Source: Thermodesulfobacteriota bacterium
GTDB taxonomy: Bacteria; Desulfobacterota_D; UBA1144; Nemesobacterales; UBA2774
Assembly: GCA_963422265.1 (NCBI GenBank)
Contig: OY729416.1
Coordinates: forward strand, 704,001 to 768,000
Reading direction: 5' to 3'
Length of the DNA stretch: 64,000 bases
Of the stretch, positions 60,826 through 64,000 are shown piece after piece. The translations under genes were made by a program, and so were the position numbers. The stretch's first letter is position 1; each line of letters starts with the position of its first letter. The notes below the pieces were generated by a model that saw nothing but the letters and a program-made list of their open reading frames with translations, ran no database searches and had not been told where the DNA came from.

Positions 60826-62106
60826 CTATTTGCCTGATAGCATCTCGTAAAGCTTGCTATTCCCGTTAACCCTAGTAAGCTGGCTCCACCTCTCATTAAG
60901 GTAATACTTGGTTTCTTCGTATCTACGCGTTCTATCTTCAAGGTAGAGTTCGGTCTCCGCGTCGTCCATTTTTGACACCTTGTTTACAAAAGATAAGGTG
61001 CAAGAGTAGTAAAGGGGAATGAGGGCTTCAAGCAGCTCCTTATTAGTTAATTCTTTGTCGAATATAGAGGCAAGGGCAAAATCAAAAAGTATTCTCACCC
61101 ATTCATCACCTTCGTAATGAAATTGTTCAGGATCCACTTCGCTTAGACTCTGAACCGACTGCATGCTAGAGGGCATCAGCACCTTTCGCCATACGCTGCT
61201 GTAACTTTCAAACCCAGCAATGAAGGATTTATGCAGAAGATCGGTATTGACCTTTACCTCCTCGCTTACGCCGCTCTGTCCAAGCCCAAATCCATAGATA
61301 ACGCTAGGACGAGACGCCTCAACGTCCTTCCAAAAGTATTCAAAATTTTTCATAAGCTTAAAGATTGTCCCTACAACCTGAGAAAACATAGGACCTAAGT
61401 CGCTAGCAGGATCCTTCGGGCGATGCGTTTTTGAAGAACCCATAAATGCCTGGCACACGTTAAAATTACGGCAAATGGCAACGGAAGTCATCCATATATC
61501 AATACCGAAATTATAGATGTCTTCGTCCCAAGTAGGCTCTAGCGTCAGACACTCGGCGAGCCTTCCGGAAATAGCGAAATCGCCAGCAATCGGCTGACGT
61601 ATGCGGAGACCAAACAACGTCCTCAGCATAGGATAGGCAATGTTATTGGTTATAGTGCCGTCGTATTTGTGCCTCATATATATGGGTACAACAAAGTCGT
61701 ATCCATCTTTTAATGGCTCCATAAAATACCTTATCCATCTTGGGGTAAGGCTTCTTAGATCGGCGTCAAGCAGAATAATAGCCTTTGCCCCAAGCCCCGA
61801 AGCAATCTCAAGCAAATTACGAACGTTCCTACCCTTGCCCCGGACCCCCTTTTCTGTAGATGCGTAAATTTTCGGGATTTTAGTCGGGGTGTTAAAGAAA
61901 GCATCCTTCGTCCCATCCTCAGAGCAGTTATCAACGTTGACGATAACTGAAGAATTATGGGGAAAATAGATGCTAAGCCCTTTGCTAGCCTGCTCTACCG
62001 GTGAAAAGATGGAATCCGCCTCGTTATAAGATGGAATTCCTACCACAATCTCCGCTGAATTAATATTCTTAGGATTCTGTATCTCAGCTATCAACGATGT
62101 TCTCAT
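60826..62106 (-). CDS. GT-A glycosyltransferase, glucosylglycerate/mannosylglycerate synthase-like
   Basis: VVGIPSYN, D..SEDGT, GKG, DADL, RHKYDGTITN, RQPIAGDF, FGIDIWMT. Confidence 0.75.
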   Translation of the reverse strand: MRTSLIAEIQNPKNINSAEIVVGIPSYNEADSIFSPVEQASKGLSIYFPHNSSVIVNVDNCSEDGTKDAFFNTPTKIPKIYASTEKGVRGKGRNVRNLLEIASGLGAKAIILLDADLRSLTPRWIRYFMEPLKDGYDFVVPIYMRHKYDGTITNNIAYPMLRTLFGLRIRQPIAGDFAISGRLAECLTLEPTWDEDIYNFGIDIWMTSVAICRNFNVCQAFMGSSKTHRPKDPASDLGPMFSQVVGTIFKLMKNFEYFWKDVEASRPSVIYGFGLGQSGVSEEVKVNTDLLHKSFIAGFESYSSVWRKVLMPSSMQSVQSLSEVDPEQFHYEGDEWVRILFDFALASIFDKELTNKELLEALIPLYYSCTLSFVNKVSKMDDAETELYLEDRTRRYEETKYYLNERWSQLTRVNGNSKLYEMLSGK

Positions 62107-62150
62107 CCTATTTCACATCCTCTATCTTATAACTAGACGTCTTTATTTGT

Positions 62151-62188
62151 AAAAGGGAAAGCTCCGCCGCTTTTTAGCGCGGCGGGGC
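62151..62188 (-). terminator. Rho-independent terminator after the TonB-dependent receptor
   Basis: Minus strand GCCCCGCCGC-loop-GCGGCGGAGC followed by TTTCCCTTTT. Confidence 0.65.
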
Positions 62189-62265
62189 AAAGACTTATCA
62201 ACCACAATAATTACATTCTCAACACGTAGCGCCGCTTTTAATCTACGTTAACATCCACGTATAAC

Positions 62266-64000
62266 TTAGAGGGCGAATCCATAGGTTAGCTGCACTCCAT
62301 ATATCCTACCCTTCGCCAACGGTGAGAAGGTTCCTCCCAGTGGTGCTACATCTAACTTAGACGGCAGCACAGTATCACCCCCGTGCTTGACCTCATTGAG
62401 CAGGTTCTTGCCATACACTCCAATAGACCACTGGCTGCTATACGAGTAGAAGTCAACGCCGGCGTCAAGCATCTTTTGCTTGTCTATAAAGCCGAGGTTG
62501 CTGTCAGTAAAGAAAGATTTATCCCGATAAGCGTAATTGACGCGTGGGGCAACGCTTCCCCAGTTGCCCACTGCCGCTTCATATATTAACCCTACGCTAT
62601 AGGTCCACTCGGCGGCGCGGGGGGGATCGAGGTCTTTATCCTTATCGTTCACCTCACCATCATCATTTAGGTCATGCTTGACCTTGGTGTATTCCGGATT
62701 TAGGTAACCCACCGAAGCAAGTAGAAACAGGTTGTCAACCAAGGCTAAGACGCCGTCTAACTCAAAGCCGAATATCTCAACGTCAGCGGTGTTGCGAATT
62801 TCTTGCGCTACCCCAACTTTACTATTTGGCAGGTTTAACTCGCGCTGCATATCATCAACCAAATTATAGAAAAACGCCCCGTTAAAACGACCACGGTTCC
62901 CAGCGTCCACCTTGAAACCTGTCTCAAAACTATCTATACGCTCTGCACCAAATGGACCAGGAGTTGTAGCTTCTCCGGTTAAAGGATTGATGATTCCGGT
63001 ATCCCGCAGGTTATAGCCACCAGATCGGAAGCCCCTGGTCCAATGACTATAAACAAGGGTATCGTCCCTGAGTTGATAGGAGAGACCAAGTTTTGGTGAC
63101 AAATTGTTCCAGCTTTTACTGTCTTGGAATTTCATCGTGCAACCACCCTCCTTTACGATGTTACAGGGTGATCTTAGTGGCAAATCAGGGCGACTCCAAT
63201 TATCAACTAAGGAAGCTATTTTTGCTTTCTTTTTTTCATTGGTATATCGCGCCCCAGCCGTCAGCGTCAGCCGACTGGTCAAATCGTAATCCAGTGCCAT
63301 AAACAATCCCAGAGTCCTCACTTCGTAGTTGCCACCTCCATCCTGGGTCATAACACCGCCAAGCAGCGAACGCCGCTCGTGGTAATCTAGCTCATTATTA
63401 AAGTAGTAAACGCCGGTGGTCAGGCGCAGGTTGTCATAAAACGACCCCGTGTAACGTAGCTCGTTGCTGTATTGCCTAGCGTCATACCATGCGTCGGCGT
63501 GGAAAAGGTTCGCTGGCGAAGCATCTGCGTCAACTCGCGTCTTTCCCTCATAATCACGCCAGCCAAAAATATTGGTAATAGTGCCGTCACCAACGCTTAC
63601 GTCCCAATCCATACGGGTGTTAAAAAAGTGGGTATCAGCTTTTTGGAAGCCTTCTTCGTCAATGCTGAACTTATGGCTGTTACGCTTAAAGTCAGGCAAT
63701 TGATTATTTGGGTCGCCACGCCTATTGCCATGGCTCTGAGCCGCGGGACCATCTCCATCAACATTATGGTATTCATAGCGAAAAACGAATTCTAAATTAT
63801 CGCTAGGACTCAAAGTTACCACCGGACGTAGCATTATGCTATCTCGCTCACCAAACGCGTCGCCGGTGTTAAGGTTTTTGAACCAACCCTTATCCTGATT
63901 GGTATAAAACGACAGCTTAGCACCTATAGAGTCGCTCAACGGTCCACCCATGCTACCCATAAGATAAAAGTTTGGCTTTTCGCCACCGCTTTCAGCGGAG
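62266..64000 (-). CDS. TonB-dependent receptor (5' end beyond the window)
   Basis: Frame open to the window edge; GARYT.E.K, SPKLG, GFRSGGYN, E.IDSFETG.K, GKNLLN, GRIYGVQLTYGF. Confidence 0.92.
   Translation of the reverse strand, partial: SAESGGEKPNFYLMGSMGGPLSDSIGAKLSFYTNQDKGWFKNLNTGDAFGERDSIMLRPVVTLSPSDNLEFVFRYEYHNVDGDGPAAQSHGNRRGDPNNQLPDFKRNSHKFSIDEEGFQKADTHFFNTRMDWDVSVGDGTITNIFGWRDYEGKTRVDADASPANLFHADAWYDARQYSNELRYTGSFYDNLRLTTGVYYFNNELDYHERRSLLGGVMTQDGGGNYEVRTLGLFMALDYDLTSRLTLTAGARYTNEKKKAKIASLVDNWSRPDLPLRSPCNIVKEGGCTMKFQDSKSWNNLSPKLGLSYQLRDDTLVYSHWTRGFRSGGYNLRDTGIINPLTGEATTPGPFGAERIDSFETGFKVDAGNRGRFNGAFFYNLVDDMQRELNLPNSKVGVAQEIRNTADVEIFGFELDGVLALVDNLFLLASVGYLNPEYTKVKHDLNDDGEVNDKDKDLDPPRAAEWTYSVGLIYEAAVGNWGSVAPRVNYAYRDKSFFTDSNLGFIDKQKMLDAGVDFYSYSSQWSIGVYGKNLLNEVKHGGDTVLPSKLDVAPLGGTFSPLAKGRIYGVQLTYGFAL

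Overview
A gene-dense bacterial chromosomal window, mostly housekeeping. Gene content and protein style suggest a Desulfobacterota/'Dadabacteria'-like organism, which is an inference from recalled similarity and not a database result. It carries about 55 genes. Metabolism and core functions: a partial malate synthase, three-gene transhydrogenase pntA1-A2-B, ugd, topA, ispG, mutL, efp, sulfurtransferase plus SufE, dprA, hemW, eno, pfkB/mtnP/rsmG, pckA, carD, rarA, mgtE, recO, argJ, pyrD and ychF. Operons: leuCD directly coupled to rpoN-hpf-ptsN-rapZ-EIIA, and a futalosine-type menaquinone cluster (mqnE, ubiD-, ubiX-, ubiA-like). Envelope and accessory: a TolC/MFP/ABC-ATPase set lacking its permease, an FG-GAP lipoprotein, tRNA-Lys and tRNA-Glu, a type II R-M locus with a frameshifted endonuclease, a glucosylglycerate-synthase-like glycosyltransferase and a partial TonB-dependent receptor. 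I saw no CRISPR array, prophage, integrase or transposase. The most unusual signal is an EF-P whose conserved PGKG loop is replaced by VAQR, putting Gln at the position of E. coli Lys34. Other notable items are a nucleotide-identical 168-bp tandem zinc-ribbon duplication in topA, tandem RBS/uORF repeats, degenerate REP-like palindromes, and three broken genes between 43 and 49 kb. No complete novel multi-gene system could be supported from the sequence alone.
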